The notes beneath the pieces were generated by a model. That model made no database searches and was not told the origin of the DNA. It was given only the letters and a program-made list of their open reading frames with translations. The position numbers were made by a program, and so were the translations under genes. DNA of 64,000 bases from Vicugna vicugna (Eukaryota): positions 248,001 through 312,000 of the forward strand of contig MU058844.1 of assembly GCA_013265495.1 (NCBI GenBank), in the 5' to 3' direction. The stretch's first letter is position 1; each line of letters opens with the position of its first letter. Below, piece by piece: positions 27,540 to 40,499 of the stretch.

Positions 27540-28220
27540 AGCACTGTCCCGGATACAGTGAAATGGGAAGTCTCCTACACAGCTAATGAGAAAGTACATT
27601 AGTACAGTCCCTTTGGAGAGCACATGGCACGTTCCATCCTAGGGAAACTCTCTCACTTGTGTACAGAGCTCTCACACAAAAATGTTCATTGCAGAGTTGT
27701 TTACAGTAGGGAACAACTGGAAACAACTGCATGTCCATCAGGATAGTGAATAAATAAAATGTGGCATATTCATAAAATGCACCATAGCATTTAATAGGAG
27801 TAAACTAGTACCATATATTAAGATAGATCTCAAAAATACAACATTGCATGAGAATAAAAGCAAGTTGCAGAATAATATGTATTATAAGGTATCATTGTAT
27901 AAATCTTAAGGGAGAAAAAAACAAACTTACATACAGAAATACCTGTCTGGTTTATGGTTACTACATATCAAGTAAGATTATTTTTTAAATGGCCTGAAAG
28001 GATATATACCAAATTCACACTAATGGCTGCCTCTAAAGAGACTGTGGAATTTAATTGGAGGTGGAGGATAAAGCTTCATTCTTACCAGAATATTTCAGTT
28101 TTTTAATTAAAAAAAAAAGAATTTTGAAGAGAAAAGACAAAATGTTAACAATGATTGGTTCTTAACTGAATTGATGTTCATTTTCGTATTCTTTGTGTTT
28201 CGCTATATTTTGAAACATAG
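27540..28220 (+). mobile_element. Old L1ME-like 3' end
   Basis: 'aatgttcattgcagagttgtttacagtagggaacaactggaaacaactgcatgtccatca'. Confidence 0.65.
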
Positions 28221-28446
28221 GCTTCACTAAAAAGAGAGAGAGAGAAAGCTAAAAACTGTTTAGTCTCCTTTCCAGCTCTGAATTTTAGAGTTGGATAATT
28301 AAGAACATCATGCATTTCCATTAGAGGCTCAAGACTGACCTCATTCTGGTTGATGTAGGAAATGCCGGAAGTCACGTCACTCTGGCCTGGGTATGCCCAC
28401 TGAAACAAATGGGTGAACTTCAGTGATGCCTTAAAGTCCCTTCTAG

Positions 28447-29178
28447 CAGGGTTGGCTTCATAAAGCACGAGACGTGTGCAGTCGCAGACTGCCTCGTGCT
28501 GTGCTCGGAAGGGCCCTAGGCTTGGTTTCATGCTCTGCAGTCCCCCATCTAGAAATCTGTAATAATTTCATCTTTGAACTTGTGTTTTATAAATGAAATC
28601 CAACGAGGCGATGGAGTGTGCCCATGAGCAGTGTGCGTGCTCACAGTTCCTTGATGTCCCATTCACACAGAATTTCAGACCCACGATGTGTGGAAATTTA
28701 GTGAGACTCCAAGGAAATATACGATAGTATGTTATGGAAGTTGCCAGCTTCCATAGAGTGTTGATAGAAAGTGTGCATCTTAAGAAGTGAAATAAAACAA
28801 TTGAGCTAGTTTAGTTTTGTGCAAAATTTCCATGCTTATAAGAACAAAACACATATGCACATGGGAGATATAAAATATAAGTTGTGTGATTTCTGTGATT
28901 CCACATATGAATGAAATGCTCTTATATATGCATTTAAAACTGGCATTGCATGATATAAAGATGAACGGTAAGATTTATGCTAATAATTTAATCTTTTTCA
29001 CTTTTACTTACTTAGAATGACATTAAATAGCAAATAAAAAATATTTGGGCGATATCATGAAAGAAAGGAAAGGTCTTTTTATTTTAAAAATTTACTGGCC
29101 CCTTTTTCTGGCTTTTTGAACAAAGGGACCTGAATGTTCATTTTGCACTGGACCCTGCAAATCATGTAGCCGGTGCTA
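28447..29178 (+). mobile_element. hAT-Tip100 DNA transposon, MER45B/C-like
   Basis: Termini 'cagggttggcttcat...' and '...atgtagccggtgcta' match MER45 terminal inverted repeats; degenerate 8-bp TSD ccttctag / cttcctgg. Confidence 0.8.
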
Positions 29179-29442
29179 CTTCCTGGCTTTAACTTTTGAT
29201 ACGCCTAAGAGAAACTGTCATCAAGCAACTGGGTGGTTGCCTGGACAGTCTGGAGCCCAAATCTCATCACAGCCTGTCCTCTGTGTTCCCAGGAGCCCAG
29301 GCTTGACTGATAACTCTGCAGAGGTGCCTCTTAACCCAGATGGACCTCACTCCCAGACAAATAGGACTGCATCAACACTTCAGGGATGTGTGTGAGACAC
29401 CTCCCTCCACCCAGGGGAAGACAATGGTTAAGAGACCAGGCT

Positions 29443-29612
29443 GAGGGGTGGGAGAGTACAGCTCAGGGGTAGAATGCAGGCTTAGCACACACAAGGTCTT
29501 GGGTTCAATCCCCAGTATCTCAATTAAAAAATAAATAAATAAAAATGAAATCAATTACCTCCCCCACAAAAAATTAAAAATAAATAAATAAAATTTAAAA
29601 AAAGAGAGAGTG
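29443..29612 (+). mobile_element. tRNA-Ala-derived SINE (Vic-1-like), inserted in a MIR
   Basis: 'tacagctcaggggtagaatgcaggcttagcacacacaaggtcttgggttcaatccccagt' plus (AAAT)n tail; perfect 12-bp TSD agagaccaggct (29431-29442 / 29613-29624). MIR continues 29625-29810. Confidence 0.88.
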
Positions 29613-30647
29613 AGAGACCAGGCTCTGAAGATTGCCTAGATTGAAATCCTTCCTCACCACTTAAAAATCATGTGACTTGGGGCAAGTGAATTCATTCTTT
29701 GGTGCCTCGGTTTCCTCATCTGTAAAATGGGCTAATAATTGAACAGGGTTGATTGGAGGATTTAGGGTGCTGTGCCTGATATGTAGGAAGCTTTCAATAA
29801 CTGTTAGCCATACTAAGCATCCCAAGGCCGCTCTTCTCACAGGGAGGTGATGTATGAGGTAGTTTAGAGCAGGGGCAACATAGTCAGATTAAGTTCAAGT
29901 CCAGCTCTATAGGTGGCTAGTCATGCTTCAGGCAGGTTTCTTAAAAGATAATGCGCATCTTATCTAGTTTCTGGGAAATCACCTATGGGAATATACCTTC
30001 TCTCAGCCTTCTCATCAACTGAAAACTCACCCAGCCCAATGAGCCCATCTTCAGTTTTCTTTCTTTACCTATCCTAAAGAGCAGACAGGGAGGACAGGGT
30101 ATTTTAATACATTTCTCAGAACTTTCAAAAGTGCTGACTACCTCCTGTCAAAGAAGGATAAGAGAGATGCCATAAGCTTGTGTTCCATTCCTCAAGAGGG
30201 CAGGAAAGGAGAGCAAAGCCACTCAGAAGCTGCAGACACCAAGACAAGGTAGAGGGGCAGAAAGCTATGCATGCACAGAGCAAAAGTAAAACAGCAAAAA
30301 GGGCATCAAGCCAGGACAAAAACACATTCCCAGGGTTTAAATTGCCAGGAGACCACCTTTCCCATTCCCTAAATCCCCTAAACTATATTTCTGCTCTCAA
30401 AACCCAATCTAATGGAATCTGAAGCCATAAAAGTCTTGATTAACAGCTGGTAGCAGGTCCTGAAGGTAATGATGGAAGAAAAAGGAGAAACCCCAGGACA
30501 GAAAGAATAAAACTGCCCTCCCAAATTGGAGCAGAGAAACCATTTCCTCAACATTGTTATATGTGGGGATTAACTTTAGGAAGGCTTGACTTTAACTCTA
30601 GTCACTGTTGTAATCATCTCAAGATCTGCCAAGATCTTGATCAAGAT

Positions 30648-31770
30648 AAAGATGACACGAAAAGCAGAAGCAACAAAAACAATAGACAAACGAGACTATC
30701 TCAGACTTAAAAACTTCTACGCAGTAAGAGAAACAATCAACAGAATGAAAACGCAACCTATGGAATGGGAGAAAATACTTGCAAGCCATTTATCTGATAG
30801 GGAGTTAGTATCCAGAATAGATAAAGAACCCCTGAAACTCAACAACAAAATAAACAAATAGCCCAGTTTTTTAAATGAGCAAAGGACTTGAACAGACATT
30901 TCTTCAAAGAAGATGCACAGATGTCCAACAAGCATATGACAAGATGCTCAAGGTCACTAATAATGAGGAAAATGCAGATCAAAACCACAATGAGATACCA
31001 CCTCACAATAGATGGCAACTATCCAAAACACAGAAAATAACAAGTGCTACTTTGCTGTACACCAGAAACTAACACAATATTGTAAATCAACTATACTTCA
31101 ATAAAAAAATTTAAAAAAAAAGTGCTGACAGGGATGTGGAGAAATTAGAACCATTGTGTACCATTGGTGGGAATGTAAAATGATTCAGGTGTTATGGAAA
31201 ACAGTATGCAAGTTTCTCAAAAAATTAAAAATAGAACTGCCATATGATCCAGCAATCCCACTTCTGGGTGTACATCCAAAAGAATTGAAAACAGGATCTC
31301 AAAGAGATACGTGCACACCCATGTTCATCACAATAGCCCAGAGGTGGAAGCAACCCAAATGTCAATTGGCAGATGAATGGATATACAAAGTGTGATATTT
31401 ACATACAATATCATATTATTCAGCCGTAAAAAAGAAGGAAATCCTGTCATACACTACAATGTAGATGAACTTTGAGGACAATATGCTAAGTGACATAAGC
31501 CATTCCCAGAACAGAATACCGTATAAGTCCACTTAACTAATATATCTAAAATAGTCAAACTCGTAGAAACTACCAAGGGCTGCTGGGAGGCAGAGCGTGG
31601 GGAGCTGTTGTTCAATGGGTACAGAGTTTCAGTTTTGCAAGATGAAAAAGTTCTAGACATCTGTTGCACAACAACGTGCATAGAGTTAACACTACTGTAC
31701 TGTATACCTAAAAATGCATAAGATAGTAAATTTTATGCTACATGATTTTTACTACAGTGATCATTTTTAA
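30648..31770 (+). mobile_element. L1MB-like ORF2 C-terminus + 3' UTR
   Basis: ORFs 30586-30861 (ETINRMKTQPMEWEKILASHLSD) and 31156-31395 ([35 protein letters not shown]) are degenerate L1 ORF2. Confidence 0.9.
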
Positions 31771-33009
31771 AAAGCATGATCCATGAAAAAAATCTGGTAA
31801 GTTGGACTTCATTAAAGTTAAAGCTTTTTGTTACACAAATAAAGTTGAAACTTAAAAAAAGAGCAAGTGTAACTATCTATAATGAAAGAAGTAATTCATG
31901 TATACCACAGTGTAACAGTGCCTGGCATATAAGAAGCTCCAATAAATAATGATTGTGTTATTTTGTTACTGGCAAGGTTCATCCTGCAGTGATGAGACAA
32001 TTTCCCAGGTCAGAACAACACTTTCCTGAAGCTATTAAAATGTAGTCTGGGTGTTTCTTTAAAATGGTGTTCGAAAGCTCAATTCTCAGGCATCTAAACT
32101 AGAGAATATTCTTTCAAATGCACATGAGATATTTATAAGAAAGTGTATTACATTATTGATTCATAGCACCTCCAGAAAGAGTGGGGGAATAACCCATCTA
32201 CGTGTGAATAACTCTCAAAAACACATGCTTACATAAAGCTGGCAAACTTCAGAAGAACGCTATACAGATAACAATTCTGCATCTACATACTCACCTCTGC
32301 AGTAAGTGTACCAAAATACAGATGGCGACACTCATCAGTTTCAGGATAGATATTACTCTCGGACAAGGAAAAAATAAAGGGATGAAGAATGAAAATTAAA
32401 CTGTAACTATTGCATTTTATTTCTAAAAAATAAAACAAAGCAAAAAAAGAAGACTGAGAGGGAGATATCTAAAACAAAGATTACTTGTATTACATTTGAG
32501 TAATGAATACACAGAAGTTTGTTATAGTATTTTCTGTTTCATCTATCTTTAATATGTTTCCTAATTTAGAGTGTTAATATTAATTTTCACATGCATTTTT
32601 ATTATTCAGTAAAACTCAAATGTCATCCTTCTTGAAAGCCTCCCTGGAATCCTCCGGAAGTCTCAGTCCCTGGGTCCCCACAGCACCTAGTTCAGTCTCC
32701 TATTGTCAGTGATTTGTTTACAGCTCAGGTGTAAACTGTTAGATTCCCAGTTGCAGTGACTGATGCATATTCACCTTCATATCCTATTTAAAGCTGAAGG
32801 CCAGAGTGGCTACATTAGTATATGTTTAATCAATACTTACACCATAACGTGATGAAGCCAAATTGCATATCGTATCATTGCTAATGAAGTGTGAAAAAGC
32901 TGCTAATAAAAGTGAGGGAAGAAGTTAACACAAAGAAATGTATAATCATGGGACAAGACACCTGAGAAATCCAATTTATCAAATCCTCAGACACCTAGAT
33001 CTCAGTTTG

Positions 33010-33365
33010 TCTTAGCCCAGGCTGCCATAACAAAATACCAGAGACCTGGGGGCCTTAAACACATTTATTCCTCACAGTTCGGGAGCCTGGGAAGTCCAAG
33101 ATCAAGGTGCTGGCCAATTTGATTCCTGGTGAGAGCGATCCTACTGGCCACCTTTTCTTTGTGTCTTCACGTGACAGAGACAGAGTTCTGGTGTCTCTTC
33201 CTCTTATTATAAGGGCACTAATCCCGTCATGAGGACACACTTTCACGACCCAGCCAAACCCAAAGGCCCCTTCTCCAGATACCATACCATTGGAGGTTAG
33301 CGCTTCAACATACAAATTTGGGGTAGGGGCGTGGAGGAGGGACACACGAACATTCAGTCCATAAC
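33010..33365 (-). mobile_element. MaLR LTR (MLT1A-like)
   Basis: 'ggctgccataacaaaatacc...ctgggaagtccaagatcaaggtg...cattcagtccataac'. Explains ORF 33055-33447. Confidence 0.85.
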
Positions 33366-36300
33366 CTCCTCCAAACTTAATCCTCCACCTGTGAACATTG
33401 TTACAAAGTGAGTGGCCAAGGCTGTGGCTCTGGGGACTACTATCCATACTCAGAGACTCACATCCAGGTGAGGCAGGGAGAGGACAGTGGTGGCAGAATC
33501 ATGGCTTTTTTCTCACAAGCACACTGCTATAATCTCTCCACAGACATGCATGCCAGCTATTTTAACAACTATTTTAACACCTGACACTTCGTGATTTGCT
33601 TCATAATTCTCATCAGCTTATCATTGATTGCTCTCATGTCTAGATGATGGAGGAAAATTTTGCAGTCAATTACAGAATTTCATAATCAATTACACAGCCT
33701 TTGAAAGGTCCACATCTCCTTCATGTAAAAATCACTTCAATATTCAGTTACTGAAAAATCTCAGTAAAGTTAAGAAAGAATGATTTGATGCATTCATTCC
33801 CTATGGTTAAAAAAAAGCAGAAACTATTAGATTTAGATAAATTATTATAAAAATCAATTTAATAGTATTAGAAATCACTATAAAATTATAAAGAGCATCA
33901 CAAATTGACACAACTGTTTTCATATGAAGGTTAGTTATGTTAATGTAACCAGGTAGTTGGTTATTGATAGACCAAATGGTGCATAATTATTCATTATCTT
34001 GGAGACGATGCTGTACATTACTGTGGTGATGGACATCATTAACCATATAAAAAAGGACGCCTGATTCATTTATTTAAGGCTCCATAGAAGGCAGTTCTTA
34101 ACTTCTGTCCCTAAATTTTAAAAAAAAAATCCCTTTTTATTTTTAACCATGAAATTGAAAAACTGAGCACTTTTCTCATTCTAGGTCCTGGGTTTGTAAG
34201 AAAAACTTCCCAGCTTCCCATTGTCAAAAGAAGCTTACAGTAGCTCCCCCTACTCACAAACACTTATTCAGTTCCCATAAACCTCACCAGATAGGCAATG
34301 TTGTTGCATTAAACCAATATAGTTTGAGGGCAATTGGGAAAGGCTATCCAGCCCCAAGACTGAAAAGCCAAAGCCATCCTTAGAGACTCATTCTTTCGGG
34401 AGTATATAAGAAGCAAAGTTATGTCTCTACTCTTCCTGTATTCCTTTTTAAAAATGTTAACAGCAACTATTGAGCACAGTGGTAAATATGTTTGGAGTTG
34501 GCTGACAAGCATCACTTTTCTGGAAATGGCGCCTTTCCCTCCACAGATATCACATATGGATTGGTTCAGGGATCAGCACCCAATAGCAGCTGGACTTCAC
34601 TCAATTCTCTCAAAGGAATTTGAAAGATGAAATAAGTGTTTTTAGTTGCCATCAAGCTGTTTCTTGAATGGAAGAGAGGTCACCCTGGTTGATTTTGTTG
34701 GTGACCATTTTCTACCAGGAAGAATAAGGCAGAGCAACCTGGTGTGCAGCACGGGAGATACATGATGCAGGGGCGGGGGAAGCAGACTCAAGCTATGATG
34801 AGTTAGGGGAGGCTAGCTTCTCTCAGAAACAATCCCAAATCTCAGTGGCTTAACGCAATACAAGTTGGTTTTTGCTCACACAAAGTCCATCACTAATACT
34901 TCTGGCTGGACAGCTTTCCTGTGACTCAGGGACCCAGGATCTTTTCATCTCATCTCCTGTCTCCACAGGCTGGTGGTTTCAAGATCCCCAGGGAATCATC
35001 CTATCCCATCCCAGTACTGAAGAGAGGGAACATAAAAAAATCACATGGGACATTTTGTAGCCAGGCCAAGAAAAGGCAATGGACTTTGCACAGTCCATTG
35101 TCAGGACTCAGTCACATAATTTCCACCTGGATGCAAGGAGAGCTAGGAAATATAACTTCACCATGTGTCTATGAAGGTGAACAGAGACAGATACCTGTGC
35201 ACACTAGAAGGATTTGCTATATGTGGAGAAAAAGAACCTCTTGGTTTCCAAAAGCCCCTCAATTTTGCCTCATATGAGACTTGGTTGGTCGAACTCAATA
35301 TCCTTACTCAAGCTAGCTCAAGTACATTTCTACTATTTGCTACCCAAGGAAAAGACTAACAAATAATCAGAATATTTTTCAGAGTATAAAGTATTTTGAC
35401 TACTCACAATGACACTTAATTTTTACATCAAGCCTGTAAAATCGATGTTACTATTATTTTCATTTTGTTGATGAAGAAACAAAATTTCAGGATGTGAGGG
35501 TAATCTGGCTGCAAAATCTGTCAACCCATTGATCGCCAGGGTTGATTGGGCTGATCTGACTGGCTAGGCAGGTGTGCCATCCTCCCTCACTGCTCTATGT
35601 GTGTCCCTCCTGAGGCTGTGTGCTCGGTCAAAGAGGATGACCTTCCCTGATAGAGGAGGACCGTTCTTCGGTCAAGGGTACATGAACAGCTGCGATTCCC
35701 CTGCCAGAACCTCCAAACAAGCTCTCAAGAAACAAAATTTCAGAGAAACTACATCATTTGCCCAAGACCCATAGCAACAATTACAGCCAGGGCTGGAATT
35801 AACTCCTTCAGACTTCATAGTGCGTAAGAACCTCCTGGCCAAGGAAATTACACTTCCCAACCCCTTACTGTAAGAGGTTTTATCAGATGACTTGTGCTCT
35901 GGAGGAAGAGAAGATGAGAGCAAAAAACCACCAGCTCTCAGGAGGAAAGGTGAATGGAAACGTAATGGAGTGTGTGGAGGGAGAGGAAAGTCCAGCCACA
36001 TCAGACACTGCCTCTACTTCCCAATTTTGCAGAGGCTGAACTTGGAATTCAGAAAGAAAACCTGATCAAAGCCAAAAGGGTAGGAATCCTTGCTCTATGG
36101 AGGCCTGTATTTTGTATTTGACATTGAAACTCTCCAGACTAGGACACAAAAAAAACTTATAGAAAACCCTGAAGGAAAGGAAGACAAATGGCAAAGATCT
36201 TGAGTCAGAATACCAAGATGAAAGGCATTGGGTTCCCCCAGGCTGGGCGGGAAGAACAAGGATGGGGAGTTGTTAAGCCACCTTTGTGCACAATAAATGA

Positions 36301-36584
36301 TGAGATAGCTCTGGAATGACAGCAAACAGCTGCTCGATTTCCTCACAGCTAACAGCTGCTGCCTCTGCTGGGCTTTCTCTACCACCAGCTCTGTTGACAT
36401 CCAGCTTCACCGAATTGACGATCAAGGCTCTCCAGGGTGGCAGTGAAGCCTTTGCCAGAGGAAAGGTCTTTGAATGTTGCTGGAGTGAGAGGAAAATGCC
36501 AGGTAGGAACAACCTTGACAAAATGAAGGTAACAGAAAGCGCTCAAAGCTAACTGGTTAAGAGGATATAGATCGATCTCCTAAT

Positions 36585-36900
36585 ACAGTGGTTTTCACAT
36601 GTCTTTGTAGAGATTTTCACTGGTTCCAGGCAAAATGAGAAAAAAGTCAATGTAGTGAGGTGTTTTTTTTTTAATGCATTCCACTTAAAAGACTGTCATT
36701 TACCGCAAGATGACTTCCTTGCTAGCTTTGATGTTAAAATGGCCTTCTATGAAATGATAATGATAGAAAATGGTATTCTTTTTTTTTCCAAATATATACT
36801 CCTGGCAAAATAAAATGTTGGCAACATGATTTCAGTCCTCATTTTTTTTGTTGTTTTCTTCCTCATTTGTCCGTGAAATTGAGAAGTCTGGTAACCATTC
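36585..36900. mobile_element. hAT-Charlie-like DNA transposon remnant
   Basis: Terminal 'cagtggttttcac' and 'gtctggtaaccatt' resembling Charlie TIRs. Confidence 0.45.
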
Positions 36901-37873
36901 AAAAGTCCAAAGCTCTTTAAGAATCACTCACAAAGAAATTTAAAAAAAGAAGGAGAAAACTTAGAAAACACCCACCCATATCAGAACGATGAATCACACA
37001 GATTTCAAAGATAAATCAATGCTTAGAAGTGAAATAAATAATAGCGTCTTTGAGGAAAATCATAATACCAAACAGAAAAGTATTAACTAGCCAATTTCTA
37101 TCAGCCTGAGGAATCTGAATCCCCAGTGCCTCTAAAAGACATGTGACAAAGGGAAGAGATGGCCCAACCAAGCCTAGACCATTACTCACAGTCAGCTCTT
37201 AAGACGGGAAACACAACTGACATGAAAAACTAGGGGCTATTAAAATTTTCAGAATGGATTGCAAAATACTAGCCAGAGCCAGTTGCAAAGATTTTGACAA
37301 CAGAATGATTCCCAATGTTCACAAGGGTAATTAGAAGGGTTAACAAAGCAGCTGTTTTGCAAAAGCATGAAAGAAAAATGAAAGAACAAGAGGAACAAAT
37401 AGTGCAAATTTGCCATGTAGCTCCTGGAGTAGAAGCTATAAATGTTTCTGTACAAAGGAGACTACCTCTCCCCACCACCTGCTTATACTCTAGGTCTCCA
37501 GCATATGACAGAATCAGACAGTTTGGGAAAGTAAAAGGCTTGAGCTAAAGTGCAGAAGAACAGGGGTGAAACAGTAAGGCATCTTTTCCTTGAATTTCAA
37601 ATACTCGTTCACCAATTTAATTGCCATTTGGGTTCCTGCTTGCAGCAACTTAAACATAGTTGCAATATAAGGAGAAAAAGAATTGTAAATGAAACAGCAA
37701 GCTATTCACATTTTCTGAAAACTGAAGCATTCATTCTCTCACCCCATGTTTTTAATGTTCCAATGGAAAGGGAAATGATTGAAGAATGTTTGGAGGAAGG
37801 AACTTACATTTTATAAATACCTATCATAGACCAGACACTGTTTTTGGAACACCCTCTATATTATCTCATAAAC

Positions 37874-38330
37874 TTCTTTTTCTTTTAATATATGGATTTT
37901 TGTTTTGTTTTGTTTTGTTTTATTGAAGTATAGTCAGTTTACAATGTTGTGTCAATTTCTGGTGTACCACATAATACTTCAGTCATACACATACATATAT
38001 ATATATATATATTCCTTTTTAAATCCTTTTTCATTATAGGTTACTACAAGATATTGAATATAGTTCCCAGAAGAAATTTGTTTATCTATTTTATATACAG
38101 TAGTTGGATTTATATATAGTCTGCAAACTTCGAACTCTCATTTTACCCCTTCCCACCCCCTTTCCCCAGGTAACCACACATAAATGATATCATATGCTAT
38201 TTTTCTTTCTCTTTCTGGCTTACTCCACTTAGCATGATAATCTCCAGGCCCATCCGTGTTGCTGCAAATGGTATATATACCACAACTTCTTTATCCAGTC
38301 ATCTGGTGACGGACATTTAGGTTGTTTCCA
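37874..38330 (-). mobile_element. 5'-truncated L1 3' end inserted in a MIR
   Basis: 'tattgaagtatagtcagtttacaatgttgtgtcaatttctggtgtac' is the reverse complement of the L1 end seen at 4430-4475; TSD tatctcataaac (37862-37873) / tatgtcataaac (38331-38342). Confidence 0.88.
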
Positions 38331-39021
38331 TATGTCATAAACATCTAGCAACAACATTCTGAGGTGTTATGGCCCCATTTTCCAGATGAGAACACTGAAG
38401 CTCAGTAACAATAAGATGCTTACGCAAAAGTCAGTTGGTAAGTGTTAGAGTCAAGCATGTGTTTTGCCACTACTATCAACATCCAATCACTCTCTCTGCC
38501 TGGAGGCTAAATGAACGGCTACAGAAACTGAGATGCAAACAACCCCTTCTCTCAGAATCCTTCCTCCCACTGTTGCTCACTTCATCCCTTGAGGTGTCAG
38601 TTCCATATGCCTGGGTCTCCCCAACCTACTGCTGAACTCTCTAACTAGCTCACACTAAAATTAATTTACTTGTCCTTTCTGGTCAGCCCAGAAAGTCACT
38701 TCTGTGTGCCAAGCTAAAAGAGAATTTATCTGACCAAAAAATATGTAGTTATTTGCTAACAGAAAAAGACAAAAGAACAAGTCCTCTGCAGGGTAGAAAT
38801 AATGGCCCTGTCCTTAGTAACAATCTATTTCTGATTCTACTGGTGGGAATCTCGTGTCAGCTAACAGGAGCTTGGTAGGAATCTGGTGGGGTCTTCCATG
38901 TCTACTATCCAAAACGAATTCCTTTTGCAGTAATTACCAGTTTAAAAATATGACAGTTTAAAAAACAGTGTATATATCCCCTTCTTAGTAGCCACAAAGA
39001 CATGAAAAGAGAGAGGCTTAC

Positions 39022-39459
39022 TGTACTGGGTTGAATAGTGACCCCCCCATATTGTCCCCCCCAAACCTGTGAATATAGCCGTATTTAAAAATACAGTCTT
39101 TGCCAAGATGAAATCATACTGGATTATTAGATGGTTCCTAATTAAATGATTGGTGTCCTTATAGGAAGAAGGAAATTTGGATACAGACACACACAGAGGG
39201 AAGGTGGCCACATGCTGATGGAGGCAGAGGTTGTAATAATGCAGCTCCAAGCCAAGGAACATTTAGGGCTACGGGCAATCACCAGAAGCTAGAAAGGGTC
39301 AAGGAAGGGCTCTCCCCTAGAGGCTTCGGAGACAGTGTGGCCCTGCCAATACCTTGATTTTGAACTTTCATTCTCCAGAACTGTGAGAGAATAAATTTCT
39401 CTTATTTGAAGCCACCCCATTTGTGGTACTTTGTTACAGGAGCCTGGTAAACTAACACA
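39022..39459 (+). mobile_element. MaLR LTR (MLT1C-like)
   Basis: 'tgtactgggttgaatagtgacccccc...ccagaactgtgagagaataaatttc...aaactaacaca'. Confidence 0.85.
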
Positions 39460-40499
39460 CGTAGCACATTCCTTCAATAAGAGAGTCTTAACTATTGTAA
39501 AATGCCTAATTTCTGCCCAAATTAGTGTTTAATGCAACTCCAGTCAAATATCTGAAACCCTCCCCCCAATCCTAATCAAAATCTCAACGGAATTGACAGA
39601 GGGACAACTTAACAACATGAATCTTCATAGTATCTGGAGGGTGTTGGGCCTTGGCAAGTGATGAACTCCCGGGCCTGAGTTGGTGGGCCATGCTCCGAGA
39701 AGGCCTTACTGAGCAGAGACCTGAAGGGGGCAAGGAAGGGGGCCCTGTAATGGATGAGTCCTCCAGGCAGAAGAGCAAAAGCCCAAGGCACAAGGCCCCT
39801 GGCAGGGAGTGTTTCTGAAATGCTTCCAGGAACAAGAAGGGGCTGAAGGGCTGGGGCTGGAGCAGCAGAAGATGAGTTCACAGCAGTCATGGGCCTGGAC
39901 CCGAGGGGCATGTGCAGCTCTATGACCCCGGGCGAATGTCCTGGGGGACGAGGCCAAGTGGGAAGAGGTGTCAATCCGGGAGGCTAGGGAGCTGTGTTCT
40001 TTCTCTCTCACAACACCCTGGGTGCATTGTGTGCCTGATGCCCCTAGAGAAACAGAAAAACAGCAGCACCAGCCCCGCAGTGCCAGGGTTGGCAGGGTAA
40101 CATGTTGGCAGGCGGCCCTGGAGCCAGCCGGGTGAGGAGGAGAAAACAACAGGTGCAGGTGCACTGGCTGAGCACCAGGTACTCCCTCCTGCCCTCCTGT
40201 CCACCCCCAGCAGAGAAAAACTTGGGAAAATCTCAAGTGAAGGACAGTAGTAGTGGAGGTTCCCTAAGGGACTGGTGACCTGCTCTATGGGTAATGGACA
40301 GGGGACAGCAAAGGCTGCTCAAGCCTGTACTGTGGGATGGGGTGTGGGAGCGGGATGGACTCTCCAACCTAAGGGTGGAGCCACACTGCCTCCCAAGACC
40401 TGACCCCCTGTAACCCAAGGCCCAAGTTCCCCAGTGCACGCTGCCGGGCCCTGAAGCCAATGCTCCCAAGGGAATATAAACCCAAAGAGAAGAGCATCG

